Below, piece by piece: positions 34,974 to 44,969 of a DNA stretch of 64,000 nt (within the stretch, counting starts at the first letter, position 1; every line of letters starts with the position of its first letter). The position numbers were made by a program, and so were the translations under genes. The DNA is taken from positions 1,280,001-1,344,000 of the forward strand of contig CAWJTV010000011.1 in assembly GCA_963845755.1 (NCBI GenBank). The letters run 5' to 3'. Source of the stretch: an uncultured Planctomycetota bacterium (GTDB lineage: Bacteria > Planctomycetota > Planctomycetia > Isosphaerales > Isosphaeraceae). The notes below the pieces were generated by a model that did no database searches, was not told the DNA's origin, and worked only from the letters and a program-made list of their open reading frames with translations.

Positions 34974-35939
34974 ATGAAAGCCGATGAGATGATCGATTAT
35001 GTCCTGGGCCAGGTCGACGGCGCCGAACGCGAGCGGCTGGAGCAGTCCTGCCGCGAGGATGGCCTCGAAGCGGCTCGTGTCGAACGCCTCCGGCAGGCGA
35101 TCAATCAGTTGCTCGATGATCGAACCCCCTTCGAACACCCGCCGGATTTGGCCCAGCGGACCGTGGCCTTCGTCGCGCGGAACCGTTGACGAACCCGGTC
35201 GCTGCTGGAATATGTGCCGGTGTGGGTCCCTTTTCGTTGGGCGGATTTCGCGGTGGCCGCGACCATCTTCGTGGCCGGCATCCTGACCCTGTTGCCGGCG
35301 ATTCAGAGGTCGCGCGAGCGGATGAACCAGGCCGGCTGCCTCTTTAATCTCCAGCGGCTCGGCACGAGCCTGGGGCAGTACGCATCCTTGCATCCGTTCC
35401 TGCCCTATCCGCCGCCGCCCCATCAGACCGATGCCCCGGCGGGCTCCTTCGCGGTGATCCTCCACGATGCGGGTGTCCTCGACGACCTCTCGCTCCTGGA
35501 TTGTCCCTGTAATGGCAAATGCCCTCCCGCCGGCGATGCGGAGCTGGTCAGCTTCGACCAGATCGAACACATCCGCCGGCACGATCCGGCGCGCTATCAG
35601 GGCATGCTCCGCTGGGATTACGCCTACAATGTTGGCTACCGCCACGCATCGGGACATCCGGGTCCGCTGGAGGTGATGCATTCGTCGCGCATTCCGGTCA
35701 TCGCCGACCAGCCCAATCATGAGAACTATTTCACGATCAAGGACGGCAACAGCCCGAATCACGGGGGACGGGGGCAGAACGTCCTGTTCGGCGACGGTAG
35801 TGTCCATTGGTTCCGGACGCGTAGCGCCGGGCCCCACGACCCGGACATCTTCCTCAATAACGACCGGCAACCGCGCCCGGGCGTCCATGTGAGCGACTCG
35901 GTCCTGGTGCCGAGCAAGATGCCGTTCCACGGACGTTGA
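34974..35939 (+). CDS. Putative anti-sigma factor fused to a DUF1559-like pilin domain (in-frame TGA at 35187)
   Basis: MIDYVLGQVD..ER..LE..PPDLAQRT, then LLPAIQRSRE..CLFNLQRLG..DCP..SPNHGGRGQNVLFGDGSV. Both ORF parts are in the same frame. Confidence 0.72.
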
Positions 35940-35978
35940 CTCGCGCAGGTCAGGCTTTCCCGCCGGCCTGCCTCTCCG

Positions 35979-36102
35979 ACGCGGTCTGCGGCCGCATCCA
36001 GAGGGATTCGAGATTCCGGATTCCCGATTCCGGATCAATCAGGAATCCGGAATCTCGAATCCCTCGGATGCGCGCGGGCGCAGAGGACGTACGGGGGACG
36101 AC
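35979..36102 (+). repeat. Asymmetric heptamer element copy
   Basis: ACGCGGTCTGCGGCCGCA..heptamers..GTACGGGGGACGAC. Confidence 0.75.
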
Positions 36103-36103
36103 C

Positions 36104-36643
36104 CTACCTGCCGGCGGGCCCCCGAAGTTGATCGCAGAACATCAAGGCGAGCAACGTCTTGGCGTCCTCGATCCGGCCGTCTACGACCATGGCCATGGCC
36201 TCATCCCAGCGGACCACCACGACCTGGAGCTCTTCATCGAGCTCGTGCCGGACCGGGCCGGGATGGAGATCCTCGCATAGGTAAAGGTACATCTGCTCGT
36301 TCATCACACCGGGGCTGACATACCACGGCCGGACGAGCTGGATGCGTCCCGCCTGGTAGCCGGTCTCTTCCCGGAGCTCGCGCGCGGCGGTCTGATCGGG
36401 CGACTCGCCGGGGTCGATGGTCCCGGCGGGGACTTCGAGCAGGGTGCGACCGATCGCGTAGCGTTGGTTCCGGATCAGGCAGACGTGATCGGCGTTGACC
36501 ATCGGGACCAGGGCAACCGCCCCGCGATGGAGGACCACCTCCCGCTCGGCGATCGTCCCGTCGCGGAGGGCCACCGGCTGCAGGGCCAGGTCCACTTTCC
36601 GGCCCCGGAAGATGATGCGTCGGGTGAGTTGAGGATCATCCAT
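36104..36643 (-). CDS. NUDIX hydrolase (ADP-ribose pyrophosphatase-like)
   Basis: REVVLHRGAV, PAGTIDPGESPDQTAARELREETGY, SPG, IEDAKT. Confidence 0.92.
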   Translation of the reverse strand: MDDPQLTRRIIFRGRKVDLALQPVALRDGTIAEREVVLHRGAVALVPMVNADHVCLIRNQRYAIGRTLLEVPAGTIDPGESPDQTAARELREETGYQAGRIQLVRPWYVSPGVMNEQMYLYLCEDLHPGPVRHELDEELQVVVVRWDEAMAMVVDGRIEDAKTLLALMFCDQLRGPAGR

Positions 36644-36666
36644 CGGCTCGGGCTCCTCGACTTCAC

Positions 36667-37152
36667 TCAACCGGCGGAAACGCCGTGGGAGACGGCCGGT
36701 CCGCGATGGCGATCGCGGATGGTCAAGACGGGGCAGGGGGCCTCGCGGACGATCCGTTCGGCGACCGAGCCGAGCAGGACGTGGCTCAAGCCGGTCCGGC
36801 CGTGGGTGGCGATGACGATCAGGTCGACTCGGTTGTTGACGGCATAGGAGACGATGGCCTCGACGGGGCTCCCCCACCGCACCGCGGTGACGATCGAGCG
36901 CGGGGTGCCCCAATTGGGGTCGAGCAAGCGGCTCAGCGTCTGCTTGGCCCGGTCTTCGTTCTCCTTGTAGTATTCCGGGGGCATGACGGGCATCAGCAGC
37001 GGGTCGGGGCCCGCGGGGAGGAACTCGGAGAGGACGTGCACCGAGTGCAGCACCGCACCCAGGCGCTCGGCCAGCCCGCATGCATAGCGGACGGCCTCCT
37101 CGGAATGAGCGCTGAAGTCGGTCGGGGCCAGGATCGATTGGATCGCGAGCAC
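36667..37152 (-). CDS. Universal stress protein
   Basis: ILAPTDFS..DLIVIATHGRTGLSHVLLGSVAERIVREAPCPVL. Confidence 0.9.
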   Translation of the reverse strand: MLAIQSILAPTDFSAHSEEAVRYACGLAERLGAVLHSVHVLSEFLPAGPDPLLMPVMPPEYYKENEDRAKQTLSRLLDPNWGTPRSIVTAVRWGSPVEAIVSYAVNNRVDLIVIATHGRTGLSHVLLGSVAERIVREAPCPVLTIRDRHRGPAVSHGVSAG

Positions 37153-37170
37153 GGCGGGGTCGCTGTTGCT

Positions 37171-38035
37171 TTCAGCGTCCTCTCGGACCAAGGCCTGGAA
37201 CCGCTGGCGCAGCTCGCGGGTGATCGGGCCGGGGCGGCCCATCCCGATGGCGCGCCCGTCGCACTCGATCACAGGGATCACCTCGGCGGCGGTTCCCGTC
37301 AGGAAGCATTCCTCGGCCTTGAACACGTCGAGGCGGTCCATCGTCCGCTCGATCACGGCATAGCCGGCCGCCCGGGCCAGCTCGATGACCGCCGCGCGGG
37401 TGATCCCTTCCAGGATGCCCGAATCGATGCTCGGCGTGTGGATCTGGCCGCGATAGACGACGAAGACATTGTCCCCGGTGCACTCGGCGAGCTCGCCCTT
37501 GTGGTTGAGCATCAGGGCTTCCAGGCAGCCGGCCTGGGTCGCCTCGATCTTGCCGAGGATGTTGTTGAGGTAGTTGAGCGACTTGATCCGCGGATTGACG
37601 GCATTGGGATGATTCCGCGTCGTCGCGGCGGTGATGATCTTCAGGCCGTGCTCGTAGAGCTCTTCGGGATAGAGGCTGATGTGATCGGTGATGATGATGA
37701 TCTGAGGGTCGATGGTCTTGCGAGGGTCCAGGCCGAGGCTGCCGGCGCCCCGGGTGATCACGACGCGGATGTAGGCATCCGTCAGCTTGTTGAAGGCGAG
37801 GGTCTCACGGATGGCGTTGGCCATCTCCTCGCGGCTCATCGGGATCTCGAGGTGGATCGCCTGGGCCGATTCGTACAGCCGGTTGAACGTGCGCCTTGAG
37901 GCGGAACACCCGGCCGGAGTAGGCGCGGATGCCCTCGAAGACGCCGTCGCCGTAGAGCAGCCCGTGATCGAAGACGCTGATCTTGGCGTCGGCCTTGTCG
38001 TACAGCTTGCCGCCGATGTAGACCTTGGGACCCAT
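37171..38035 (-). CDS. ilvE: Branched-chain amino acid aminotransferase (frameshift near 37890; reads into the USP as assembled)
   Basis: [50 protein letters not shown]. Confidence 0.92.
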
Positions 38036-38088
38036 GGTGCTTTCTTTCTAACCGTGTTGTCTGTCGTGGCTCGCGGTCGGCGACCTCT

Positions 38089-38805
38089 TCAGGCCAGCAC
38101 GGGCGACCATTCCTCGATCTGCCCGTGCGCGAGCTGAACGACCCGGTCAGCCTGGCGCGCGATATTCGGATCATGCGTTACCACGATCATAGTGAGACTG
38201 CGCTCGCGGTTCAAGTCGCGGAGCAGCTCGATGATGCCATGACCGCTGCCGACGTCGAGGTTGCCGGTCGGCTCGTCGGCCAGGAGGACGACCGGCCGGC
38301 CGGCCAGCGCCCGGGCGATCGCCGCGCGCTGCATCTCGCCGCCGGAGAGCTCCGCCGGCCGATGCCCGAGCCGGTGTCCCAGCCCGACCCGCTCCAGCAG
38401 CTCCGCGGCTTCATAGCGCAGCCGGCGTCGCTCGCGCCCGTACGACCAGAGCCCGTGGGAGATCCACTGCGGCATCAGCACGTTCTCCAGCGCGGACAGC
38501 TCGGGGAGTAGGTGGTAGAACTGGAAGATGAACCCGAACGTGCGGTTGCGCAGCGTGTCGCGGTGCCGGTCCGGCCGATTGTCGATCCGGGCCCCTTCGA
38601 GCCGGACCTCGCCCGAATCGGGGGCGTCGAGCAGGCCCAGGAGATGCAAGAGCGTGCTCTTGCCCGAGCCGCTGGTGCCGACGATCGCCAGCATCTCCCC
38701 GCGCTCGACTTCCAGGTCGACCCCGCGCAGGACGGGGACTTCGTTCCGCCCTTTCCAGTAGCTCTTGGTCAGGCCGTGTGCGGAGAGGTGGCCGGTCGCC
38801 GTCAT
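38089..38805 (-). CDS. lolD: LolD-like ABC ATP-binding protein
   Basis: [41 protein letters not shown]; next to a lolE-like gene. Confidence 0.85.
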   Translation of the reverse strand: MTATGHLSAHGLTKSYWKGRNEVPVLRGVDLEVERGEMLAIVGTSGSGKSTLLHLLGLLDAPDSGEVRLEGARIDNRPDRHRDTLRNRTFGFIFQFYHLLPELSALENVLMPQWISHGLWSYGRERRRLRYEAAELLERVGLGHRLGHRPAELSGGEMQRAAIARALAGRPVVLLADEPTGNLDVGSGHGIIELLRDLNRERSLTMIVVTHDPNIARQADRVVQLAHGQIEEWSPVLA

Positions 38806-38868
38806 CGTCTTCACCTTCGCCTTCCGTGGATCTTAGGGATGGAATTCGACATGCAATGGATTGCCCGA

Positions 38869-38998
38869 ACGCGGCCCGCGGCCGAAATGACACGGGGATT
38901 CAAGATTCAACATTCCCGAGGGTAATGATTCCGTATCGTCTTCATCTCGAATCTCGAATCTCCCGGATCCGCGCGAAGCGGAGATCTCACGGAGTGAG
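38869..38998 (+). repeat. Degenerate asymmetric heptamer element
   Basis: ACGCGGCCCGCGGCCG..GATTCAAGATTC..TCTCGAATCTCGAATC..GATCTCACGGAG. Confidence 0.55.
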
Positions 38999-39004
38999 GT
39001 TCGA

Positions 39005-40424
39005 TCATTCGAATCGCAGCGCCCGCACGGGATGGAGCCGCGCCGTGCGCTCGGCCGGCCAGATGCTGGCCCCGATCGCGATCAACAAGGCCCCGGTCAC
39101 GATCCAGGCGACGGTGAACGGCTCGATGATGGTCGGGATCTTGTCGAAATAGTAGATCGATTCATCGAAGACCCGCCGGCCGGTCGCCTGGCTCAAGATC
39201 CGCTCGATCTCGTTGATGTAGCGGACGAACAACAGGCCGCCGGCCATCCCGACTCCGCTGCCGACGGCCCCCAGCAGCAGGCCGTAGCCGAGGAAGATCC
39301 CGCGAATCCCGCCATTGGAGGCCCCGAGGGCCTTCAGGATGCCGATGTCGCGCGTCTTCTCCACGACGATCATCGAGAAGATCGCCAGGATGCCGAACCC
39401 GGCCACCGCGATGATGAAGAACAGCAGGATGTTCAGGATGCTCTGCTCGATGGCGACCGCCCCCAGGAGCGGACCTTGTTTCTGCTCCCAGGTCCAGACC
39501 CGGTAACGCATCGGCCTCATCCGGTCCAGGGCGACCTGGAGGTCCTCGGCCAGCGTGTTGATGTTGACGCCCGGCTTGACCTTGATCTGGATCTGGTTGA
39601 CCGCGCCGGTCTTCCGGTCGTAATCGTACAGCTTTCGCGTCTTCTGGAGGGCCTCGAGCGACACATAGACATGAGTCGAGTCGTACTCGCTCATGCCGCT
39701 CTTGAAGTAGCCGATCGTGGTCGCCGTGTCGAAGCCCGCCTCCGACCGGGTCTCGCCGAACCGGGGGAAGAGCAGGCCGAGCTTCGTCCCGGGGGTGCCA
39801 GGAACTGGTCGGGCTGGCCCTTCTGATGGAACGTCGCCAGGGCATAGCCGATGATCGCGCCGGTATCAGGCGCCTGTTCCTCCATGTCCTTCTTCAGCTC
39901 TTGCTCGAACACCTTGCTGAACTCGTCCTTGGGCTCGTCCTTCATTTCTTGCAGCAGTTCACCGGCCGGGGTGTGCAACTTGAGCTTCTCGGGGACATGG
40001 AACGAAGGGGGAATCGAGCGCCCTTATCGTTGACGAGGAACTCGGCGAAGTCGCCGGTCTTGGCTCGCTCCTCCGGCTGGACACCGATGATCTGGATCGG
40101 GCGCGTCATCACTTCGCCGCCGATCTGGTAGTTGAGGATCCCGGGACATTCCATGGTCGGGGCCATGGCCTTCACCTGGTCGCCCGCAACGTCCTTGACC
40201 CGCGCCTCGACCTCCTGCCAGTTGTAGAACCCGTCGAGGCTGTAGGACTCGATCAGGACGTCGGCGAGCACCCCATGGAGCCGGTCGCGCATCTTGTCGG
40301 CGAATCCGGCCATCACCGAGTTGACCACGATCATCGTCGCCACGCCGAGCATCACGCTGATGACGCTCGCCAGCGCGATGTATCGCGTCTTGAGATACCG
40401 CCAGCACAGCAGGTACTTGTACAC
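39005..40424 (-). CDS. LolC/E-family lipoprotein-releasing permease (frameshifted)
   Basis: ISVMLGVATMIVVNSVMAGF; MIVVEKTRDIGILKALGAS; YYFDKIP; PVRALRFE. Confidence 0.88.
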
Positions 40425-40446
40425 CTCGACGGCTCCTTCCTTAGAG

Positions 40447-40545
40447 CAGTAGTCAGTAGTCGGTGGTCAGTAGTCAGTACGTAAGCAAGAAGGGCATTTC
40501 TCTCTGTTTTTCTTCTCGCTGACTACTGACTACTGACTACTACTG
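40447..40545. repeat. Inverted heptamer repeat (CAGTAGT)n..(ACTACTG)n
   Basis: Directly visible; overlaps the last codons of lysS. Confidence 0.8.
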
Positions 40546-42004
40546 GTCGCATGAGCGGGAACAGGATCACATCGCGGATACTGGGCCGGTTCAGCAGGAT
40601 CATGCAGAGCCGGTCGATCCCGATGCCCAGCCCACCGGCGGGGGGCATCGCGTACTTGAGCGCCCGGACGAAATCGTCGTCCATCTTGGCCATCGAGTCG
40701 TGTTCCGGCAGGCCCGCGAGCTGCTTCCGGAACAGCTCTTCCTGGAGCCGGGGATCATTGAGCTCGGTATAGGCGTTGGCCAGCTCGATGCCGTGAATGT
40801 ACAGCTCGAACCGTTCGGCGACGGCCGGGTTCGACGCTTTGCGCTTGGTCAAGGGGCAGATCGCGGCGGGGTAGTCGATGACGAAGATCGGGCCGGTCAG
40901 CCGATCCTCGACGACCGCTTCGAACAGCTCGCTGGTGACGACGTCCGGGTCCTTCCCGGCGGTGGCGATCCCAGTGGCCTCCGCCCGAGCCTGGATCGCG
41001 CCGGGCTCATTCGGATCGATGCCGGCATGCTCGGCCAGGAGTTCGGCGTAGGTCCGCCGCGGCCAGGGCGGCGTGAAGTCGATGGTGGTCTCGCCCCAGG
41101 GGCGGACGAACCCGCCGCCGATTGCAGAAATCGCGCCGCAGATCAACGACTCGGTCAGGTCCATCATGGCGTGGTAGTCGCCATACGCCTGATACGCCTC
41201 GAACATCGTGAACTCGGGGTTATGCCGGGGGCTGAGCCCTTCGTTGCGATAAACCCGCCCGATCTCGAAGACCCGCTCCATGCCGCCGACCAGGAGGCGC
41301 TTCAGGTAAAGCTCGGGGGCGATCCGCAGGAACATGCTGATGTCGAGGGCATTATGATGAGTGACGAACGGGCGCGCCGCGGCTCCGCCAGCGATCGATT
41401 GCATCGTCGGCGTCTCGACCTCGACGAACCCTTGGTCGGCCATGGTCTTGCGGAATGAGGCGATCAGTTGGGAGCGGCCGAGGAAGACGGCCATCGAGTC
41501 GGGGTTGCTGAACAGGTTGACGTAGCGCTGGCGATAGCGCTGTTCCAGGTCGGTCAGGCCGTGCCACTTCTCGGGCGGGGGGAGCAGGCTCTTGGTGAGG
41601 AAGGTGAGGGTCTCGGCGAAGACGGTCAGCTCACCGGTCCGGGTGTAGTCGAGCCGGCCGTTGACGCCGATCAGGTCGCCGAGGTCGAGGAGTTCGACGA
41701 GCTTCCAGCCCAGCTCGCCGACCTGCTTCTGGCCGATGAAGATCTGGATGTGCCCCGACCAGTCGCGCAGCTCGAGGAAGACGACCTTTCCCTGCCCGCG
41801 ACGCAGGCCGATCCGGCCGGCCACGCGGACCGTAGGTCCGGCCTGGCCGCTGTCGGGCTCATTGGGCGGCGCCGAGGCGCGCACCTCGCCGATTGCCCGG
41901 TGGCCGTCGAACCGATGGCCCCAGGGATCCAGACCCAGCTCCGCGATCCGGCGGAGCTTCTCCAGACGGACGTCTTCCAGGCTCTCGCGAGGCTCTTCGG
42001 ACAT
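40523..42004 (-). CDS. lysS: Lysine--tRNA ligase (class II)
   Basis: PEKWHGLTD.E.RYRQRY, GGAAARPF, LRIAPELYLKRL, HNPEFT, GLGIGIDRL. Confidence 0.98.
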   Translation of the reverse strand: MSEEPRESLEDVRLEKLRRIAELGLDPWGHRFDGHRAIGEVRASAPPNEPDSGQAGPTVRVAGRIGLRRGQGKVVFLELRDWSGHIQIFIGQKQVGELGWKLVELLDLGDLIGVNGRLDYTRTGELTVFAETLTFLTKSLLPPPEKWHGLTDLEQRYRQRYVNLFSNPDSMAVFLGRSQLIASFRKTMADQGFVEVETPTMQSIAGGAAARPFVTHHNALDISMFLRIAPELYLKRLLVGGMERVFEIGRVYRNEGLSPRHNPEFTMFEAYQAYGDYHAMMDLTESLICGAISAIGGGFVRPWGETTIDFTPPWPRRTYAELLAEHAGIDPNEPGAIQARAEATGIATAGKDPDVVTSELFEAVVEDRLTGPIFVIDYPAAICPLTKRKASNPAVAERFELYIHGIELANAYTELNDPRLQEELFRKQLAGLPEHDSMAKMDDDFVRALKYAMPPAGGLGIGIDRLCMILLNRPSIRDVILFPLMRPVVVSSQ

Positions 42005-42234
42005 CGTTCCCCTTAATTCTTCGCGATCCGCCACTTCGGGCCAGACACGGCCAAATTGTAGTCACTCGGCCGCGCCGGTCAATCGCAACCGGTCGCGTCG
42101 ATCGCGGAGAACGGCGGTCGAGAGAACCGGCCCGTAGGGTGGGTGGAGGCGGGCAACCCACCGGCGCAATACTCGCGTAGATGGTGAGTTGCGCTGAGCA
42201 AAACTCAGTTCCAGCTGCCTTCGGGGTTGGCCGG

Positions 42235-42679
42235 TCATGGCCAACGTGCCACCGAGAGGTCGGAGATCCGCCGAAAGTGGGCGAGGTTATTGGTCACCAG
42301 CGTCGCGGTCAGGGAGAGTGCGTGTGCGGCAATCAACAAGTCCATGGCTCCAATCGTCTGCCCGGCTTGTTCCAGCTCATGACGGATGCGGCCATAATGC
42401 ACCGGGCAGGTCGTGTCGTCGTAAGCAAACACGTCGAAAGGCGTCAGGATCTTTCCAACGGCGGCGATCTCGGTGTCGTAGTCGCCGCTGTTGTGGGCGC
42501 CGAATTCCAACTCCGAGACCGTGATGGCCGACAGGCCGACCACATCGCCCTTCGCCTTGGCCTCTTGGCAACGCGCGATCAGGGCCAGCGCCCTATCGCG
42601 GCGATCGCGCTGCCGCGGCGGCGCTTTGAGTCCTGCGCAGCATGAAAATGACCATGTCCGTGTCCAGGATGTAGAGCAC
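42235..42679 (-). CDS. vapC: VapC PIN-domain toxin (frameshift near 42630)
   Basis: YILDTD..SAITVSELEFG..IGAMDLLIAAHAL..LVTNN..HF.RI. Confidence 0.88.
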
Positions 42680-42684
42680 GGCGA

Positions 42685-42906
42685 TCAATCCCGTGATTCC
42701 AACGGCGGTTGCACGCGCCGGCCGGACAGGAACTTGTCGGAAAGCTGCTCGACCCCCTCGAAAAAGATTTCCCAGGGATCTCTGGTGATGACGAGAAAGC
42801 CTTCGTCCGTGCGCTTGAGGTGGACCGTGTCCGCCTCGACGCGAAACTCTTTCGGGAGCCGGATCGCCTGGCTGCGACCCGTCCGGAACACCTTGGCAAT
42901 CGCCAT
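42685..42906 (-). CDS. vapB: VapB/AbrB-type antitoxin
   Basis: AKVFRTGRSQAIRLPKEFR. Confidence 0.92.
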   Translation of the reverse strand: MAIAKVFRTGRSQAIRLPKEFRVEADTVHLKRTDEGFLVITRDPWEIFFEGVEQLSDKFLSGRRVQPPLESRD

Positions 42907-42927
42907 GATCAGCCTCCGCGAGTTTGG

Positions 42928-42953
42928 TGGTATCTACCATATGGTATATGCCA
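42928..42953 (-). promoter_or_regulatory. Palindromic operator upstream of vapBC
   Basis: Perfect core TACCATATGGTA (42935-42946) inside a near-palindrome; TA operons typically autorepress through such IRs. Confidence 0.6.
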
Positions 42954-43029
42954 CGGTCACGATAGGCAAGTGGTCGCCGCCCCTACCGGGCTCGGAGAGT
43001 TGGCTGGTTCTCCCGGGGCCGAAACCCGC

Positions 43030-44883
43030 CTACCGGGGCGGCTGGGCCGCATCGGCCTCGAACTTCCGGTTCAGCTCGCGGATGACCTCCTCGGTGAGGT
43101 CGTTTCGCGGATTGGCGTAGATGACCGACCGGCCCAGGGCATCGTGCACTTCCTGGGGATCGGAATCGGCCCGAGGACCGACTGACACCTTGACGACGTA
43201 GTCCAATCCCCTGGCCTTGGCGACCTTGGCGATCACCTGTTGGATCTTTTGATAGAGAGTGGCCGTCATGCCGGCCTGACGTCGTGTGAATTCGCGCTCC
43301 GCCTTTTCTTGCTCGGTTTCCAACCGGTTCCTCAATTCCGAGACCTGCTTCTCGTGAATGATGTAATCCGGAGTGCCCGGGACGAACTTTTGCAGGAACG
43401 AGTCCCCCTCCTTCAGCAGTTGCCGGGATTTCTCCAGGTGTCGTTGCGCGGCCCCTGTATCGAGAGCGAGCTGGTCCATGAGTTTTTGAACCCTGGCATA
43501 ACGCTTCCAGACCGCGTCCATGTCGACCGAGCCGATCGCTGCGCCGGTCGGGTGCGGCCCAGACTGGCCGGTCGTTGGTTCGCCCAGTTGCTCGGGTGGA
43601 GGCGTCTCGCTCGGCGATTCCTCACGGCCCCAGTTCGGATCCAGTCCGATACGCTGCCGCTCGGTCATCAGCTCGCGGGCTTTGCTCAGGTAGCGGGTCT
43701 TTAACTCCTCGTAGTGCCGGGCTGCTTCCTCGGCTTGCTCGGCCCATTTCCGCCTCACCGAATCTTCATTCTCATTCGAGTCTACCACCTGGCGAGCGAT
43801 CTCGGCCCTGCGCTCCCTCTCCTCCAGCGCGGTCGTGACCTCCGCCTGGAGCATTTGAAGCTCGGCGGCAACCAGATGGAGCTCGAGTCGTTTCAACTCC
43901 CGTGCCACCGCAACTTCACCTCGGGTCGCGTCATTCGGCTCCTTCGAAGAGGCTTCGGGGATCCGGGCTGCCCGGACTTTCACGGGCTGGGTCCTGGATT
44001 GCGGTGTCCGCCCTACCGGCTGCGCGACCACGAATGCCCCGATTGCGAGGATGCCGCAGGCCAGCACCGCGAATTTCAGCTTGGTCATCAACATGGCGTT
44101 CAACGCTCCTTCCACCAGTAAGGCGACCGTTGCCGGGACCACCCCGGCCGTGGCCGCACCCGCCGCGAGGTCTCGAGCGGCCCGCGCCGTGGCTTCCACC
44201 AACTCGGCCGGCACAGCCGCCGAGGCCGATCGTACGGTCAATGTCACCGCCAGAAGTCCGGCCACGGGAGCCACACCGCGCCGGCCGAGTCGAGCCCGCA
44301 GCCACTCGCGGCCCCGGGTCAGCCGGCTCTTGACCGTACCGATCGGCCAGCCCAGGTGCCGCGCCACCTGTTCGTGAGTCAGACCCTCCAGGTCGCAGAG
44401 CACCACCGGCAGACGGCAGCGGTTCGGCAGGCGGTCGATCTCCTCGTGAAGGACCGCGAAGACGTCCTTCCATTCCTCTTCGCCGGAGATCAGACTGGGC
44501 CGACTTTCGGCCGCGCGGCGCTCATGCTCGCGACGCCGTGCGGCGGACCTCCTTGCCCGAGAGGCGATCCGGTAGGCGACTCGATGGAGCCATGGACCCA
44601 GCGAGTCCTGGACCCAGAGCGCCCGGGCCTTCTGGACCAGCACGAGAAACGTGGCCTGGAAGGCGTCCTGGGCGTCGTTCGGGTCGTTGAGGGAACTCCG
44701 GCAGACGCGCAGGACCATCGGGCCGTGCCGCTCAACCAGGGCCGCGAATGCCAGCTCGGCCGCATCGCCAGTGCACGTCGTAAACCGTTCCAGCAACTGA
44801 CCGTCCGACAGATCCCCGATCGTCCCCAGATGGAAGAGGGTTTCGAGTCCCCGTCGCACTGCCCCGTTCGGTCGAATCGCCAC
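43030..44883 (-). CDS. ECF sigma factor with TM helix, coiled coil and C-terminal OmpH/Skp-like domain
   Basis: SDGQLLERF..RHGPMV..DAQDAFQATF..GTVKSRL; TM KFAVLACGILAIGAFVVA; IGSVDMDAV..I..VAKARGLDYVV..YANPRNDLTEEVIRELN. Confidence 0.85.
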   Translation of the reverse strand: MAIRPNGAVRRGLETLFHLGTIGDLSDGQLLERFTTCTGDAAELAFAALVERHGPMVLRVCRSSLNDPNDAQDAFQATFLVLVQKARALWVQDSLGPWLHRVAYRIASRARRSAARRREHERRAAESRPSLISGEEEWKDVFAVLHEEIDRLPNRCRLPVVLCDLEGLTHEQVARHLGWPIGTVKSRLTRGREWLRARLGRRGVAPVAGLLAVTLTVRSASAAVPAELVEATARAARDLAAGAATAGVVPATVALLVEGALNAMLMTKLKFAVLACGILAIGAFVVAQPVGRTPQSRTQPVKVRAARIPEASSKEPNDATRGEVAVARELKRLELHLVAAELQMLQAEVTTALEERERRAEIARQVVDSNENEDSVRRKWAEQAEEAARHYEELKTRYLSKARELMTERQRIGLDPNWGREESPSETPPPEQLGEPTTGQSGPHPTGAAIGSVDMDAVWKRYARVQKLMDQLALDTGAAQRHLEKSRQLLKEGDSFLQKFVPGTPDYIIHEKQVSELRNRLETEQEKAEREFTRRQAGMTATLYQKIQQVIAKVAKARGLDYVVKVSVGPRADSDPQEVHDALGRSVIYANPRNDLTEEVIRELNRKFEADAAQPPR

Positions 44884-44969
44884 GGGTGGTCTCCCTGGTG
44901 TTGCCATCGTTTCTATGAGGATAATCCCATTGAGGATATCGGCGGTTCGAACTTTTTCATAACGACACC

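Noticed and set aside
42133..42195. GTAG-type REP remnant upstream of lysS
   Set aside because: Only a partial, degenerate palindrome; too weak to annotate.
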